Source: Lama glama
Taxonomy: Eukaryota
DNA length: 64,000 bases
Direction of reading: 5' to 3'
Assembly (NCBI GenBank): GCA_028534125.1
Contig: CM052817.1
Span: forward strand, 33,296,001 to 33,360,000
Below are positions 63,235 to 64,000 of this stretch, piece after piece (the first letter of the stretch is position 1; every line of letters begins with the position of its first letter). A model generated the notes under the pieces. It worked only from the letters and a program-made list of their open reading frames with translations, was not told the DNA's origin and did not search any database. A program made the translations under genes and the position numbers.

Positions 63235-63615
63235 TATTTTCCAACAGAAAAAGTTGAAGGAAGGTTGGGAAGCTTTTTGTTGGCTACAGAGCTTAAAGAA
63301 AGGAAAGTTATGCAGGATGTGGGATAATTCTCTGCCATGTGAAACAGCTCCCTGCTCCTGCTCCTTCCTAAGCTTCAACCTACTAAATGCGGATTGTCAC
63401 CCTGAATGGCTATAGAGTTCAAAAGTGCCCCCCCCACCTCCTGAACATTTCCTTTAACTGAGACAGAGACAGAGACAGAGACAGAAAGCGAGCCAGCACT
63501 TGGTACCTCCCCACTCCCCTGAGACCCATCACTGGAGGAGACCCCAGGTAGTGACGGGCACTGAGTCAGGGGTCAGAAGAATTCATAGGCTTCTGGAGCA
63601 AAATAGAGATCATCT

Positions 63616-63808
63616 CATTGCTCAAAGCGGGGTCCGTGGACCAGCAGTACCAGCTTGGGGAGTGGGGCCGGGAGGTGGGTGTTGATTGAAATGAGTCTCA
63701 GCTCCTACCCCACGCTCCTCACCCCCACCCCCAAACTGAGGAATCAGAATCTGTGTTTTAACAAGATCTAGGTGATGTTACCGCATCTTAAAGTTGGAGA
63801 AGCTCCGC
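63616..63808 (+). mobile_element. MER5A-like (hAT-Charlie)
   Basis: ctcaaagcggggtccgtggaccagcag...gaatcagaatctgtgttttaacaagatc...aaagttggagaagc. Confidence 0.7.
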
Positions 63809-64000
63809 TTTAGACTGTGGATTTTAAGCCGTGTCCTCTGAGCAATCCTGTGGGTGGCGTGAGCGTGGGGAGGGGGTCGCCTTCATTCCTGTTCCAACCA
63901 GAGACCCAGTTGCTTGGGCTTCCATTTAACCCTTGGGTTGAAGGAAAGGGTAGACAGCTAAAAACATTTGAAAACCAGCCTCCAACTCTCATTCTACCAA

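Noticed and set aside
1..64000. CRISPR arrays, operons or prokaryotic defence systems
   Set aside because: Sequence is mammalian; no regularly spaced direct repeats or gene-dense ORF structure are present.

Overview
Mammalian nuclear DNA, almost certainly camelid (alpaca/camel): it carries three tRNA-Ala-derived Vic-1-type SINEs and cetartiodactyl-style L1 3' ends. It has three 500-N scaffold gaps. I cannot support any host protein-coding gene, tRNA, intact rRNA or CRISPR feature; the window looks intergenic or deep-intronic and is dominated by interspersed repeats (L1/HAL1, L2, MIR, ERV1/ERVL/MaLR solo LTRs, Tigger and hAT MITEs). Repeat family names come from recalled consensus sequences, not a database search. 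The most notable observations are: (1) a 341-bp TSD-flanked element that fuses an L1 5' end directly to an L1 3' end at an AG-defined junction, consistent with a spliced retrocopy or non-autonomous mini-L1; (2) a tailless 5' fragment of 5S rRNA inside a CpG micro-island; (3) a ~1.1-kb patch where old repeats are CpG-rich and shifted AT->GC relative to sister copies; (4) a repeat-poor block at 30.4-31.6 kb with a perfect DR4 element, two candidate non-coding exons and a 227-codon antisense ORF. No novel multi-gene system is evident.
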